NCBI GenBank assembly: GCA_963719425.1
Contig: OY970382.1
Location: 455,100-519,099, forward strand
Reading direction: 5' to 3'
Length of the DNA: 64,000 bases
Source: an uncultured bacterium
GTDB lineage: Bacteria > Patescibacteriota > Minisyncoccia > UBA6257 > 2-01-FULL-56-20
Of this stretch, positions 16,491-26,704 are shown one piece after another. A program made the translations under genes and the position numbers. A model generated the notes under the pieces. It saw only the letters and a program-made list of their open reading frames with translations. It was not told where the DNA came from and did no database searches. Numbering within the stretch: position 1 is the stretch's first letter; the number at the start of each line of letters is the position of its first letter.

Positions 16491-17207
16491 ATGAATGTGG
16501 CTCCCGTCAAAACCCGCATCTTTAAGGAAGGAGACGACCTCCTCGCTTTCATTAAAAAATATGTGAAAGCGCTCCCCGAGCGGTCGCTCCTTGTCGTCAC
16601 GTCAAAGATCGTCGCGCTCTCCGAACACCGGACGGCGGTCGCAAGAACGGAACGGGAAAAAGGACGGCTCATCAAAAAAGAAAGCGAATGGGCCATGCGC
16701 ACCAAATACGTTTGGCTCACTATCCGCGACCGAATGGTGATGGCGTCGGCGGGCATTGACGCCTCCAACGGCAACGGAAAGCTGGTTCTCTTACCAAAAG
16801 ACAGTTTTGCGGCCGCCGCGCGCATACGAAAGCAATTGCAAAAGCGCTACGGCGTGAAAAAGCTCGGCGTGATCGTGAGCGACAGCCGCGCCTTCCCGCT
16901 CCGCAGCGGCATTGTGGGCGTGGCACTGGGCTACGCCGGGTTCAAGGGCATAAAGAACTACTGCGGGAAGCCCGATCTCTTTGGCCGCAAGTTTCTATAT
17001 TCTAAGGTAGATATCGCCGACAGCCTCGCGACCGCCGCCGTCCTTACCATGGGCGAAGGCAATGAGCGCCAGCCGCTCGCCATCATCAAAGATCCGCCCG
17101 TGAAATTCACGGACCGCCTCTATCGCCACGAACTGGAAATAAACCTCGCCGACGACCTCTACCAGCCGTTCTTTGAGAACATCAAAACGTTGCGCCTGAA
17201 AAAATAA
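16491..17207 (+). CDS. CofE-like gamma-glutamyl ligase family protein
   Basis: VTSKIVA, AGIDASN, DS...PLR.G, D.LA..A...MGEG.E..P. Confidence 0.85.
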   Translation: MNVAPVKTRIFKEGDDLLAFIKKYVKALPERSLLVVTSKIVALSEHRTAVARTEREKGRLIKKESEWAMRTKYVWLTIRDRMVMASAGIDASNGNGKLVLLPKDSFAAAARIRKQLQKRYGVKKLGVIVSDSRAFPLRSGIVGVALGYAGFKGIKNYCGKPDLFGRKFLYSKVDIADSLATAAVLTMGEGNERQPLAIIKDPPVKFTDRLYRHELEINLADDLYQPFFENIKTLRLKK

Positions 17208-17224
17208 ACGCTATAGTTAACACC

Positions 17225-17821
17225 ATGAACCTGAGGAAACGGGACATTGAATTCCTTTTTGAAATCGGATCGCTCCGGAATATGCATCGCGGATGGAAGC
17301 AACATCTTGGGCTTGACTGCGCAAGCATCCCCGAGCATACCTTCCGCGTGGCATTCCTTGCCCTCCTTATCGCGAGAAAAGAAAATTGCAAAAACGAGGA
17401 AAAGATAATCAAAATGGCGCTCGTCCACGATATTGCAGAAACCAGGATCTCGGATCTCAGCTATGTCCAAAAGGTCTACGTGAAAGCGGATGAACCCCAA
17501 GCAGCGAACGATCTCTTTGAGGGAACCGATTTCTCCGACCTTAACCAAAAAATTCTGGAAGAGTACGAACGCCGCGAAACCCTGGAGGCCAAAATCGTAA
17601 AGGACGCTGACAATCTGGACATTGACCTTGAACTCAAGGAATTAGAGGAACGGGGATCGCAGCTTCCCGCAAAGCTCGCGGAAACCCGCAAAAAAGTCCG
17701 GCGTGAGAAATTATACACCAACGCCGCGAAGGAGCTCTGGGATCTCATTCAGGCCGTAGACGTCGCGGCGTGGCACCTCAGGGCCAACAAGTGGCACAAG
17801 ATCCCCGACGCCGGCAAGTAA
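17225..17821 (+). CDS. HD-domain hydrolase (YfbR/HDDC2-like)
   Basis: EHTFRV, HDIAE, DADNLD. Confidence 0.88.
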   Translation: MNLRKRDIEFLFEIGSLRNMHRGWKQHLGLDCASIPEHTFRVAFLALLIARKENCKNEEKIIKMALVHDIAETRISDLSYVQKVYVKADEPQAANDLFEGTDFSDLNQKILEEYERRETLEAKIVKDADNLDIDLELKELEERGSQLPAKLAETRKKVRREKLYTNAAKELWDLIQAVDVAAWHLRANKWHKIPDAGK

Positions 17822-17825
17822 ATCC

Positions 17826-18275
17826 CTATCCCCGCCCGCCGTATTTCTTAAACCACTCTTGGTAGTGGTTGAGTGCGTATACGACGCCAGGATGAAGCGG
17901 CTGCGGGAAAGCATCCAAACGAAACCATCCAATTTCGTCTATTTTTTTCGGCTCGTTGTTTTTCGCTTCGCGCGGGTCAACTTCAATAAAAAACGGGATG
18001 GCAAGCCAGTGCGTCTTTTTCCCGTTCCATTCCCGGATGATAGAATACGGTTTCATCATTTCCTGAATTTTTCCGCGGCAACCGTATTCTTCCAAAATTT
18101 CCTTGAGAACGTTTTCTTCGGGCGAAACGCCGAACTCAAGCTTACCGCCTCCCGTATCCCACATCCCATGGTCATCCCTTGTGTTCTTGCTCCGCTTGTG
18201 AAGCAAAAAATTCCCCTTCCCGTCGTTGCAATAGAAAGGAGTGGAGATGCCAGTATAATCAACGCCTATTTCCAT
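17826..18275 (-). CDS. NUDIX hydrolase
   Basis: GGKLEFG...LKEILEEYG; NNEP.K...IGWF. Confidence 0.85.
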   Translation of the reverse strand: MEIGVDYTGISTPFYCNDGKGNFLLHKRSKNTRDDHGMWDTGGGKLEFGVSPEENVLKEILEEYGCRGKIQEMMKPYSIIREWNGKKTHWLAIPFFIEVDPREAKNNEPKKIDEIGWFRLDAFPQPLHPGVVYALNHYQEWFKKYGGRG

Positions 18276-18307
18276 ACGCTTTCAAAGACTATACCATATG
18301 TCTTTCC

Positions 18308-18574
18308 TCAATACGCATCTCTCCGATGCTCAACCGCCAGTATGAAAATGGTGCCATCGATTACATCAAAAAGAACGCGGTAATCCCCGATCCGAAAACG
18401 GTAATGTCCCAAGCGACAATCGCGCAATGGCTTGGCGAACCGCAATGGTTCCACCGCCCGAGCATAGAATTCAATTTTGCGCACGATTCTTTTCTGGACA
18501 AGCGCAGGAAGCTTCCTCAAGTCCTTTTCGGCACTTGCCTTTATGCGTACAATCATGCCGCATTCAAAGGCCAA
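18308..18574 (-). CDS. RelE/ParE family toxin
   Basis: A.KDL.KL...YRFRIGDYRVLF...I..VEHR.DAY. Confidence 0.88.
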   Translation of the reverse strand: MAFECGMIVRIKASAEKDLRKLPALVQKRIVRKIEFYARAVEPLRFAKPLRDCRLGHYRFRIGDYRVLFDVIDGTIFILAVEHRRDAY

Positions 18575-18815
18575 GACGCTTTTTTACTTCCTTAAGCGAG
18601 TAGGATTTTTTTCCCGCGCGGGCTTTCTTTATCTTCGCGATAAGGCGCGGCGATTGCCCCATAGCTACTTCTTCAAAATAATTTTCAATATCCTCCCACG
18701 TTGCGAAAGGAAGAACGGCCATCTTCTTTCCATTGATGTTTCTCGCGCGAACCCCCTCCGTCCGTTTTAACAATATTGCCGCAGTCATTTTTTTATTTTT
18801 CTTTTTCCAAATCAT
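18564..18815 (-). CDS. Putative antitoxin
   Basis: Small ORF overlapping and upstream of the RelE gene; C-terminal SLKEVKKRLGL. Confidence 0.7.
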   Translation of the reverse strand: MIWKKKNKKMTAAILLKRTEGVRARNINGKKMAVLPFATWEDIENYFEEVAMGQSPRLIAKIKKARAGKKSYSLKEVKKRLGL

Positions 18816-18973
18816 AGCAATAAGAAAAGAAAACGCAAGTTTTCTTTAATACTTTTTTAATCCCGTCCAGTCATCGCGCCTTCCTATTTTACAGGAAGAA
18901 TAACTCTAAGGAAAGAATACGCTCCGCACGGGCCTTACCTCGAACGAGGCTAGCCGCTCTCCGCAGGACACAT

Positions 18974-19399
18974 CTATTCATAAACATCCCAAAAAAGAAA
19001 GTCTTTGCTGGACAGATGGGTCTTTTTTCTCAAAAGATCTTTTCTCATTGCTATGATTATTTCTCCGAGAATTTCCCTTCCTTTTTCATCAGTCGCCCCC
19101 GTCTGTGCATTCGATTTCCCTTTAGCACGAGCAAATTCGATCATTCGGCGTACAGCATCGAAGACTTCATCCGAACAATACAACCAAGACGTTTCCCATT
19201 CCTGAAAAAATTGCTTTTTTAATTCACCACTAGCACCAGTGCCGACAAACCCCCGTAAATACTTTATTAAATTGTTATATTTTTCAACTTTGAATTTAAT
19301 CTCCGTTTCTGTTCGAAGCTGGCGAATGCCAAACCAATAGGTTAGCCCCGAACCTATCAAAGCACTAAATATTATGGGGAGTAAGTTACCCACTATCAT
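18974..19399 (-). CDS. Hypothetical protein with N-terminal TM helix (AT-rich)
   Basis: 141-aa ORF ending in AMRKDL motif. Confidence 0.6.
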   Translation of the reverse strand: MIVGNLLPIIFSALIGSGLTYWFGIRQLRTETEIKFKVEKYNNLIKYLRGFVGTGASGELKKQFFQEWETSWLYCSDEVFDAVRRMIEFARAKGKSNAQTGATDEKGREILGEIIIAMRKDLLRKKTHLSSKDFLFWDVYE

Positions 19400-19484
19400 T
19401 AAATAATTATACCCCTTTCGAATATAAATTTTTCTTTGATATTTTGTGCCAGTACGATAAGTTCACAACGGAAGATCTGCGAGT

Positions 19485-19691
19485 GAATACGAGAGAAAAG
19501 AGCGCCCCTTTCGCCTTTGAGGAACCTAGCGGAGGCGAGGAAAAAGCGCTCTCCGAGTGAGCAGAAAATTTGACGGGACCCCCGTGCTCGTCGCGGAGGG
19601 TGGCAAATTTTCGTCAGCGAACGAGGAGAGCGCCCGAGCCGAAGCGGGTTCCGAAAAAGCGGAAAGGGCGCTATTCTATCCCCTCGTATTC
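19485..19691 (+). repeat. Branched palindromic element E3 overlapping the secY 3' end
   Basis: Arm GAATACGAGAGAAAAGAGCGCCC...GGAACC pairs with GGTTCC...GGGCGCTATTCTATCCCCTCGTATTC, which includes the last secY codons. Confidence 0.65.
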
Positions 19692-20942
19692 CCTCACCGT
19701 CAGCTGCGAGTCCACCTGCCGCATCGTCTCAAGCGCAACAGCTACCACGATCAGGATCGCTGTACCGCTGATCGTGAGAACCGCCACGCCCGTGACCGCC
19801 TGAACAATGATCGGACAGATCGCCACAATGCCGAGAAAGATCGCACCCCAAAACGTGATACGGTTTACGATGCTGCCGAAAAATTTCTCCGTACTCTCGC
19901 CCGGACGGATGCCCGGCACGAATCCTCCGCTCCGCTGCAAATTTTTCGCCACCTCTTCCGGATTAAACGTGATGGATGTATAGAAATACGTAAATGCGAA
20001 CACCAGCAAAAAATAAAATATGCCGTACCAAAGCTGGTTCCCGACAAACGCCGTCGCGAACGCGTTGATCTTCAATCCCCAAGAAGTGGAAAAGATGGAA
20101 ACGATCCATGCGGCGAATTGCGGGAAAAGCAAAACTGAGATCGCAAAAATCAAAGGTATCATCCCCGCCTGGTTCACTTTCAAGGGCAAGTAGCTCTGTG
20201 CGCCGCCATACATCTTGTTCCCGCGTACGCGCCGCGCATAGGCCACCGGGATCTTCCGTTCGCCCTCGTTCAAATACACGATGCCGCCGATGAGGAGCAC
20301 CGCGACCACCGCAAATCCAAGATAGGTGGTTAAAAGCGACGGCGTATAGGATACCAGAGCCGTTCCTACAAACGAAGGAATGCGGGCGAGAATGCCCGCC
20401 AAAATGATGAGCGAAATTCCGTTGCCCACTTTCTGCTCGGTGATGAGCTCGCCGAGCCAGAGCGCAACCATGGAACCGCATGCAACCACCATGATGTTCG
20501 TCATAAAGGCGAACGGCGCCGGACGGTCAATGACCCCCTGTGAGATGAGCAATGTCAAAAATCCGTACGCGTTCACGATGGCCAATGGCACGGTGAGGAG
20601 CCGCGAGTACTGGTTGAACTTTGCCTGCCCGCGCGCTCCTTCTTCGTAATACATCTCTTTGAAACTCGGAAAGACGATGGTCAAAAGCTGCATGATGATC
20701 GTTGCCGTGATGTAGGGACCAACGCCCAACATCATGATGGAAAGATTTGCGAGTCCTCCGCCGGAGAAGAAATTCAGAAACCCGAAGAGTTGGTTAGAAT
20801 TGAAATAGTTCGCGAGCCGCGCCGCGTCCACACCCGGGATCGGAATCGCCGCGAAGACGCGATAGGCAACGAGCAAGCCTGCGACAATTAAAACCTTGTT
20901 GCGAAGATCCGTAATCTTGAATATTTGCAAAAATCTGTTCAT
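19671..20942 (-). CDS. secY: Preprotein translocase SecY
   Basis: LGVGPYITA.II; GNGISL; GG.VPGIRPG; position after rplO. Confidence 0.98.
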   Translation of the reverse strand: MNRFLQIFKITDLRNKVLIVAGLLVAYRVFAAIPIPGVDAARLANYFNSNQLFGFLNFFSGGGLANLSIMMLGVGPYITATIIMQLLTIVFPSFKEMYYEEGARGQAKFNQYSRLLTVPLAIVNAYGFLTLLISQGVIDRPAPFAFMTNIMVVACGSMVALWLGELITEQKVGNGISLIILAGILARIPSFVGTALVSYTPSLLTTYLGFAVVAVLLIGGIVYLNEGERKIPVAYARRVRGNKMYGGAQSYLPLKVNQAGMIPLIFAISVLLFPQFAAWIVSIFSTSWGLKINAFATAFVGNQLWYGIFYFLLVFAFTYFYTSITFNPEEVAKNLQRSGGFVPGIRPGESTEKFFGSIVNRITFWGAIFLGIVAICPIIVQAVTGVAVLTISGTAILIVVAVALETMRQVDSQLTVREYEGIE

Positions 20943-21406
20943 GATGCGTCGCTCTCGGGTTTATCAAGTTCGTGCGTACTGCCTCCCGCCTTCTCAATTT
21001 TCTTCTTGGCACCCTCCGATACGCGCATGCCCGTGACGCGCAAGGGAAGCGTTACTTCCCCTCCGGCGAGCAACTTCACTTCGCCGGAAAAATTTTTCTT
21101 CAAAAGTCCGGCCGCAACGAGGAGTGCCCGATCGAGCGTGAGGGGCGCGCTCCCCTGCACAAACGATTTGAGCGCGCGCGAAAGGTCTCCCACGCTGAAG
21201 ATCGCAGGATTTCTCGCCATTGGTATGTTCCTGAACCCGCGCCGCTTCGGGATGCGCAGAATGATGTCCCGCTCTGCGGGCCGCATCCGCCGCCCGGCGC
21301 GGGATTTTTGGCCCTTCACGCCGCGCCCGGAATAGCTGCCGCGCTTGCCGCTGCGGCCGATCCGCTGCTTCCTCTTTTTAATTGATTTCAATTCGTGAAG
21401 CTGCAT
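20939..21406 (-). CDS. rplO: 50S ribosomal protein L15
   Basis: GRGVKGQKSR; A..KIEKAGG. Confidence 0.95.
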   Translation of the reverse strand: MQLHELKSIKKRKQRIGRSGKRGSYSGRGVKGQKSRAGRRMRPAERDIILRIPKRRGFRNIPMARNPAIFSVGDLSRALKSFVQGSAPLTLDRALLVAAGLLKKNFSGEVKLLAGGEVTLPLRVTGMRVSEGAKKKIEKAGGSTHELDKPESDAS

Positions 21407-21419
21407 GGAGGCGTAGAAA

Positions 21420-21905
21420 TTATGCTTTCAACATCTTAAGCGCTTCAATGGTCGCCATCGCGTTCGTGAGCTTGTTCGGCGTGCGCCCGAGGCATTTCGC
21501 CGTCGCATCTTTGACACCCGCGAATGAGAGCACAAAACGGACGGCGCCGCCCGCGCGAAGGCCGTGTCCCATGCTCCCCGGCTTCAAAAGCACTTTCGCC
21601 GCACTGTACTTCGCGATCACTTCATGCGCGATCGTGCGATTGTCTTTCAGATTCACCGCGATTATATTCTTTTTTGCTTCGGTCTTTGCCTTCGCGACCG
21701 CTTGCTGAACGTCCACTCCTTTCGCGATGCCGATACCCACGCGCCCCTTCTCGTCGCCCAGGACGAGCGTGCAGCGGAAACGGAAGCGCTTGCCACCCGC
21801 AACGACACGCGTCACGCGCCGCATGTCAAGCACGCGCTCTTTGAATTCTTCTCTCCTCGCCGGCATCATTCTCCGATCGTGCCTTGGTTTTTGGGGCAAT
21901 GGCAT
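21420..21905 (-). CDS. rpsE: 30S ribosomal protein S5
   Basis: RVTRVVAGGKRFRF; AGGAVR. Confidence 0.96.
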   Translation of the reverse strand: MPLPQKPRHDRRMMPARREEFKERVLDMRRVTRVVAGGKRFRFRCTLVLGDEKGRVGIGIAKGVDVQQAVAKAKTEAKKNIIAVNLKDNRTIAHEVIAKYSAAKVLLKPGSMGHGLRAGGAVRFVLSFAGVKDATAKCLGRTPNKLTNAMATIEALKMLKA

Positions 21906-21919
21906 GGAATTATTATAGC

Positions 21920-22282
21920 CTATAGGGTAAGACCGCCCTTTTTTGCCCCTTCGGCGAACTGTTTCACTCGGCCGTGGAACTTCGCCTCGCGCCGGTCAAA
22001 CACGGCGCGCGCGATCCCTTTCTCCAGCGCTTTCTTTGCAAAGGCTTCTCCTGCGGCGAACGCTTGTACACTTTTGGTTTTCTTTCCTGCCGCGTTGCTT
22101 TTGCCAAAACTTGAGACGGCCACAAGCGTTTTACCCTTCGCGTCGTCAATCAATTGGGCGTACACGTAACGGTTGCTCCGGTTTACCACGAGCCGTGGTA
22201 CGGAAGCGGTGCCAAAAATCTTTGCGCGCACGCGCGCCACGCGGCGTATCCTTTTCTGATTAAGTTTTTTACGCTGTTTCAT
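21920..22282 (-). CDS. rplR: 50S ribosomal protein L18
   Basis: PRL.V.RSN...YAQLIDD; VFDR....FHGRV. Confidence 0.96.
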   Translation of the reverse strand: MKQRKKLNQKRIRRVARVRAKIFGTASVPRLVVNRSNRYVYAQLIDDAKGKTLVAVSSFGKSNAAGKKTKSVQAFAAGEAFAKKALEKGIARAVFDRREAKFHGRVKQFAEGAKKGGLTL

Positions 22283-22323
22283 ATTGCTAGGTTTTCCAAT
22301 TCCCGGGTTTACTAGTTACGAAA

Positions 22324-22842
22324 CTACGCTACTGCTCCGGTTGTCGCGGCCTTTTTCCCCACTTTCCTGCGAATGACCTCTCCCTGATAATGAATGCCCT
22401 TACCTTTATATGGCTCCGGTTTTTTCAATGCGCGAATCGCAGCCGCCGCACGTCCCACGCGATCTTTGCTGATACCGGATATTTTGATAACGTTTTTCTC
22501 AATAGCAATGGCAATTCCCTCGGGAACTTTCATGCGCACCGGTTTTGCATAGCCGAGGTGTAACACCAATTCATTTCCTTCCAAAACCGCGCGGTAGCCG
22601 ACGCCTTCTATCTCCAACGATTTTACGAACCCTTCCGTCACGCCTTGTATTGCATTCCGCGCAAGGGCCCATTCTGTCCCGGAGGATACCCAGAGATTCT
22701 CTTCCATAACCTTCGCCGTGCTCTGCGGCGGAAGCTTTATCTTTTCTTCCCCTTTTGGCCCTTTAATCACAAGGAAACCATCCGTTGCGGTGGCAGTCAC
22801 CCCTTTCGGTATCGTTATTGGTTTTTTTACGAGCCGGCTCAT
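22324..22842 (-). CDS. rplF: 50S ribosomal protein L6
   Basis: GVGYRA; PEPYKGKGI. Confidence 0.96.
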   Translation of the reverse strand: MSRLVKKPITIPKGVTATATDGFLVIKGPKGEEKIKLPPQSTAKVMEENLWVSSGTEWALARNAIQGVTEGFVKSLEIEGVGYRAVLEGNELVLHLGYAKPVRMKVPEGIAIAIEKNVIKISGISKDRVGRAAAAIRALKKPEPYKGKGIHYQGEVIRRKVGKKAATTGAVA

Positions 22843-22846
22843 GGTA

Positions 22847-23227
22847 TTACCAAATTTTGAACAAATATTCGCCCCCGATTTTTTGCTTCTTCGCTTCCCG
22901 GTCAGTCATAATTCCCTTTGAGGTTGAAAGAATGCCTAAGCCGTGTCCCTGCATGACCGTCCGCAGGCTGCGGTAGTCCGCATACCGATGGCGGCTGGGC
23001 TTGCTCACAAGCGTAAACCCGCTCGTCGCGTCCTGTTTCAGAGGCGGGGCGAGGCGGATCGCAATCACGCTCTTCCCTCCCGCCATTTCCTTTTCAGCGC
23101 TTTTCACGTATCCCGCATCGGCAAGCACCTTCAAGATCGCGAAGTCCATTTTTGAGAACGGCACGGATATCTTCCCCTTCCGGGCCCGCACCGCATTTTT
23201 GATTTTTGGGAGAAGTTCGTAATACAT
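22847..23227 (-). CDS. rpsH: 30S ribosomal protein S8
   Basis: SKPS...Y; STSKGIMT...GGE. Confidence 0.95.
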   Translation of the reverse strand: MYYELLPKIKNAVRARKGKISVPFSKMDFAILKVLADAGYVKSAEKEMAGGKSVIAIRLAPPLKQDATSGFTLVSKPSRHRYADYRSLRTVMQGHGLGILSTSKGIMTDREAKKQKIGGEYLFKIW

Positions 23228-23232
23228 AGCGG

Positions 23233-23418
23233 TTACCAGCTTGCTTTCTTTATGCCGGGAATCTCTTGGTTCGTCGCCATCTCACGAAAACAGATCCTAC
23301 AGAGGCCGAAATCGCGCATGTATCCCCGCTTGCGACCGCAACGGAAGCAGCGCCGCACGATGCGGGTCGTATATTTCGGGCGCTTTTTGCTGCGCGCAAT
23401 GACAGATTCTTTTGCCAT
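23233..23418 (-). CDS. rpsN: 30S ribosomal protein S14 (Zn type)
   Basis: RCFRCGR...[10 protein letters not shown]...IPG..KASW. Confidence 0.95.
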   Translation of the reverse strand: MAKESVIARSKKRPKYTTRIVRRCFRCGRKRGYMRDFGLCRICFREMATNQEIPGIKKASW

Positions 23419-23419
23419 G

Positions 23420-23911
23420 TTATTTCTTCTTGAACGGAAGGCCTTGCGCGCGGAACGCCGCGATGGCCGCCGCTCGGTCTCTTTTGCGCGGCACGATGGC
23501 AATCCCCAGCGAAAACGAAACAGGTGACTGCTCGGGCGCTACTTCGGGAAAGACAAAATGCTCTCGTATGCCAAGATTCAAAACGCCACCTTCGTCAACG
23601 TTTTTAAGATCCAAACCATTGAAGTCTCTCACGCGAGGCAATACTATAGTAATCAATCGCTCAAAAAAATCAACCATTTTATCGCGACGGAGCGTGACAC
23701 GGAGCCCCACGATCTGTCCCTCGCGCACCTTGAACCCCGCGATGGATTTCTTCGCGCGGCGCACCTCGGGTTTCTGTCCCGTCACGAGTCCAAGGTCGCG
23801 CATAACCTGAACAAGCGCTTTCTCTTCAAAGCCAGGCGTCTGGCTCAAGCGGCCAACCCCCGCATCAACTACGATCTTCTCCAAAAATTTTCTTGCTTCA
23901 TTTCTCACCAT
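23420..23911 (-). CDS. rplE: 50S ribosomal protein L5 (short N-terminus)
   Basis: TGQKP...[13 protein letters not shown]; LPRVRDF. Confidence 0.95.
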   Translation of the reverse strand: MVRNEARKFLEKIVVDAGVGRLSQTPGFEEKALVQVMRDLGLVTGQKPEVRRAKKSIAGFKVREGQIVGLRVTLRRDKMVDFFERLITIVLPRVRDFNGLDLKNVDEGGVLNLGIREHFVFPEVAPEQSPVSFSLGIAIVPRKRDRAAAIAAFRAQGLPFKKK

Positions 23912-23919
23912 GATACGTA

Positions 23920-24225
23920 TTAGGTAATTGCTTTACATTTCTTACAGTAACGGGTCTTTCGCGGACCATCCGTGCGGAAGCCTACGCGCGTCGGATTCTT
24001 GCAATTCACGCACACGAGCATCACTTTGGACGCGGGCATCGGCCGCGGGACGTTCACCACCTCGCCTTTCTGCCCCTGCTTCTTCGGCCGCGCGCGCTTT
24101 TTGAACACATTCAATCCGTCAATGATGATGCGTGCTTCGTCGGGGTACGCATGCAAAACCGTCCCGGTCTTCCCGCGATCTTTCCCCGACAGAATTTTTA
24201 CATTGTCTCCTTTCTTAATATTCAT
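23920..24225 (-). CDS. rplX: 50S ribosomal protein L24
   Basis: IKKGDNV.ILSGKDRGK KOW motif. Confidence 0.95.
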   Translation of the reverse strand: MNIKKGDNVKILSGKDRGKTGTVLHAYPDEARIIIDGLNVFKKRARPKKQGQKGEVVNVPRPMPASKVMLVCVNCKNPTRVGFRTDGPRKTRYCKKCKAIT

Positions 24226-24261
24226 GGTTTCGGTTTCTAGGCTCACCAGTTATCGGGTTCA

Positions 24262-24630
24262 CTATACTATTTCTTCGGCCATGGTCATCAATTTCTCGTA
24301 TCCGCTTTCCTTGAGCTCGTGCGGCAAGGGGCCGAAGATGCGCGTCGCAATCGGCTCTTTTTTCGCGTCAATGAGCACCACCGCGTTCTCGTCAAAACGC
24401 ACATACGAACCGTCGGGGCGGCGCATCGCGTTCTTCGTACGGACGACGAGCACCTTCACCACATCTTTTTTCTTTACGGTCTTCCGCGGCTCCGCCGCCT
24501 GCACGGATGCGACGATGACGTCACCCACGCCCGCGTAGCGGTGCCTGGTGCCGCTCAAGATGCGGAAACACCGCACGGTCTTCGCGCCGCTGTTATCCGC
24601 CACTTTTAAAATGGAGCGTTCCTGAATCAT
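24262..24630 (-). CDS. rplN: 50S ribosomal protein L14
   Basis: MIQ...L.VADNSGAK; FDENAVV. Confidence 0.97.
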   Translation of the reverse strand: MIQERSILKVADNSGAKTVRCFRILSGTRHRYAGVGDVIVASVQAAEPRKTVKKKDVVKVLVVRTKNAMRRPDGSYVRFDENAVVLIDAKKEPIATRIFGPLPHELKESGYEKLMTMAEEIV

Positions 24631-24893
24631 GGTTTTTGCGAAATCCTTCCGATAATCTTCCACCGCTTTCCCCGCGACAGCGGGCGCGTTTCTTCCATTA
24701 CCACGGCATCACCCTTCTTATATTCGTTCTTTTCGTCGTGCGCTTTGAACTTCGTCGTCACCCGATAATATTTCAAATACTTGGGGTGTTTTTTGAGACG
24801 ATGGACGGCAACCACGCGCGTTTTCTGCATCTTGTCGGAAACGACGACCCCGGTTATTCTCCGCTTTTTATTTTCCCTGTGTTGCTCGCTCAT
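24627..24893 (-). CDS. rpsQ: 30S ribosomal protein S17
   Basis: [11 protein letters not shown]; ETRPLS..KRW. Confidence 0.96.
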   Translation of the reverse strand: MSEQHRENKKRRITGVVVSDKMQKTRVVAVHRLKKHPKYLKYYRVTTKFKAHDEKNEYKKGDAVVMEETRPLSRGKRWKIIGRISQKP

Positions 24894-25074
24894 GGATGAA
24901 GGTTTTTATCCTCGCCACTTTTTTCTTGAGCTCGTTGATCCCGCTTATATCTTTCACTTTTCCCGCCGCAAGATCAAACCGAAGCTTCCGCAGGGTTTCC
25001 TGCGCTTCTTTCATCACGTGCTCAAGTTCCGCGGTCGGACGGTGCTTTAATTCCTGGATATCTTTTTTCTTCAT
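24868..25074 (-). CDS. rpmC: 50S ribosomal protein L29
   Basis: LRF...KK.VARIKT; position between rplP and rpsQ. Confidence 0.92.
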   Translation of the reverse strand: MKKKDIQELKHRPTAELEHVMKEAQETLRKLRFDLAAGKVKDISGINELKKKVARIKTFIHERATQGK

Positions 25075-25089
25075 GGGTATTACGCGTGA

Positions 25090-25501
25090 TTATTTTGTGA
25101 TGATCTTGCTTTTCACTGGAAGCTTGAAAGAAGCCAAGCGGAGCGCTTCCTTCGCGGTCGCTTCGGGAACGCCGTCAATCTCAAAAAGGACACGCCCGGG
25201 ACGGACCGGAAACACATAGTGGTCCACGCTTCCCTTGCCGCCACCCATCGTGGTCTCGGGCGGCCGGAGCGTGACCGGCTTATCGGGAAACACGCGGATC
25301 CAGAGGCGCCCGCTCCGCTTCAAAAAATTCGTGATGGTCTTCCGCGCGGCCTCAATCTGCCGCGAGGTGAGCCATGCCGCCTCAAGCGCCTTGATGCCAT
25401 ACTGCGCCATACGCAAGCGCAAGGCCGCGCGTTTCAACCTGGCGTTTCCGCGAGCGTCCTTTCTGCCACTTCCTATGTTTTACTTTTTTCGGGATCAGCA
25501 T
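25090..25501 (-). CDS. rplP: 50S ribosomal protein L16 (one extra base near 25403, likely sequencing error)
   Basis: [15 protein letters not shown] in one frame; QIEAAR...WIRVFPDKP...MGGGKG in the next; span 412 bp. Confidence 0.93.
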
Positions 25502-25508
25502 GGTTTAT

Positions 25509-26180
25509 TTATTCGTTCCTTTCTCCTTTATCAAAAATCTCTCCTTTATAGATCCATACCTTGATGCCGATCGTGCCGTAGGTCGTGAACGCGGTCGCCG
25601 TCCCGTAATCAATGTCGGCGCGGAGGGTCTGGAGCGGAAGCGATCCACGCACGAGCCGCTCACGGCGCGCGATCTCGTTCCCATCCAGCCGCCCGGAGAG
25701 AAAAACTTTCGCTCCTTTCACTTCTTTGTTCTGCATCACCTGCTCAATATACTTCTTCATAGTGCGGCGGAAAGGCATGCGCTTTTCCAAATCCCACGCG
25801 ATTTGTTGCGCCACGTACTGCGCCGCGATCTCCGACCGCTTCAATTCCTCCACGTTCACGCTCATAGCGATCGGCGCCTTGTTCTCGCGCACCTTGCGCA
25901 CCGCATCCGCGATCGCCTTGTTCAGTTCTTCCACACCTTTCCCGCCGCGGCCGATGACGAGCCCCGGCCGTGCCGCCTTGATGAAAATGCGCAGGTTGCC
26001 TTGCGTGCGTTCAATTTCCACCGCGGAAATTCCCGCGAGGCCGATTTTTTTTTTGATCACTTTGCGGATCGCCTCGTCCTCTTCAAGATACTTCGCGTAG
26101 CCACCCTTAATGAACCAGCGCACCGGCCAGTTCTTCGTAATTCCCAAGCGATATGAAAGTGGATTAATTTTCTGTCCCAT
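25509..26180 (-). CDS. rpsC: 30S ribosomal protein S3
   Basis: MGQKINP; SGRL.G.EIAR; PLQTLRADIDYG. Confidence 0.97.
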   Translation of the reverse strand: MGQKINPLSYRLGITKNWPVRWFIKGGYAKYLEEDEAIRKVIKKKIGLAGISAVEIERTQGNLRIFIKAARPGLVIGRGGKGVEELNKAIADAVRKVRENKAPIAMSVNVEELKRSEIAAQYVAQQIAWDLEKRMPFRRTMKKYIEQVMQNKEVKGAKVFLSGRLDGNEIARRERLVRGSLPLQTLRADIDYGTATAFTTYGTIGIKVWIYKGEIFDKGERNE

Positions 26181-26182
26181 GA

Positions 26183-26695
26183 TTATTTGGATGCGCGTGA
26201 TTTCGGATTGAACATCCGCTTGAAGAAGCCCGGCTTCTTACTCTCCACGACTTCCTTCTCCGGCTTCTGCTTTTCACGTTTGCTTTTCTTGGGCCTTTCC
26301 TCTCCGGGCGGCAGTTTCACCTTCTTCGGCACGACAATCTTGTACTTCGGCGTTAGATTTTCATTGAGGCCGAGCACGAGCGTCACGTTGCTCATTTTCT
26401 TTTGGATCGGCGATGCCGAACCGCGCGCGCGCGGCAAATGTCGCTTGAGCATCGGCCCCTGGTCCACGCGGAAATCGGCAATAAAAAGATGATCCGCGTT
26501 CCACCGTTTGTTGTTTTTGGCGTCCGCGACCGCCGAACGCAAAAGTTTGAGGAGCGCCTTTGCCGGCCGGCGGCGCTGTGCCATAAGCTGCGCCTCCGCG
26601 TCGTTCACGGACATTCCCTTCACAAGGTCTGAAACGCTCCGCACTTTCCGTGGCGCGATTTTCAGATAATTCAGTTTTGCGGTTTGTTGTTCCAT
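26183..26695 (-). CDS. rplV: 50S ribosomal protein L22 with basic C-terminal extension
   Basis: APRKVR; PRARG. Confidence 0.94.
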   Translation of the reverse strand: MEQQTAKLNYLKIAPRKVRSVSDLVKGMSVNDAEAQLMAQRRRPAKALLKLLRSAVADAKNNKRWNADHLFIADFRVDQGPMLKRHLPRARGSASPIQKKMSNVTLVLGLNENLTPKYKIVVPKKVKLPPGEERPKKSKREKQKPEKEVVESKKPGFFKRMFNPKSRASK

Positions 26696-26704
26696 GTTAG
26701 CAAT

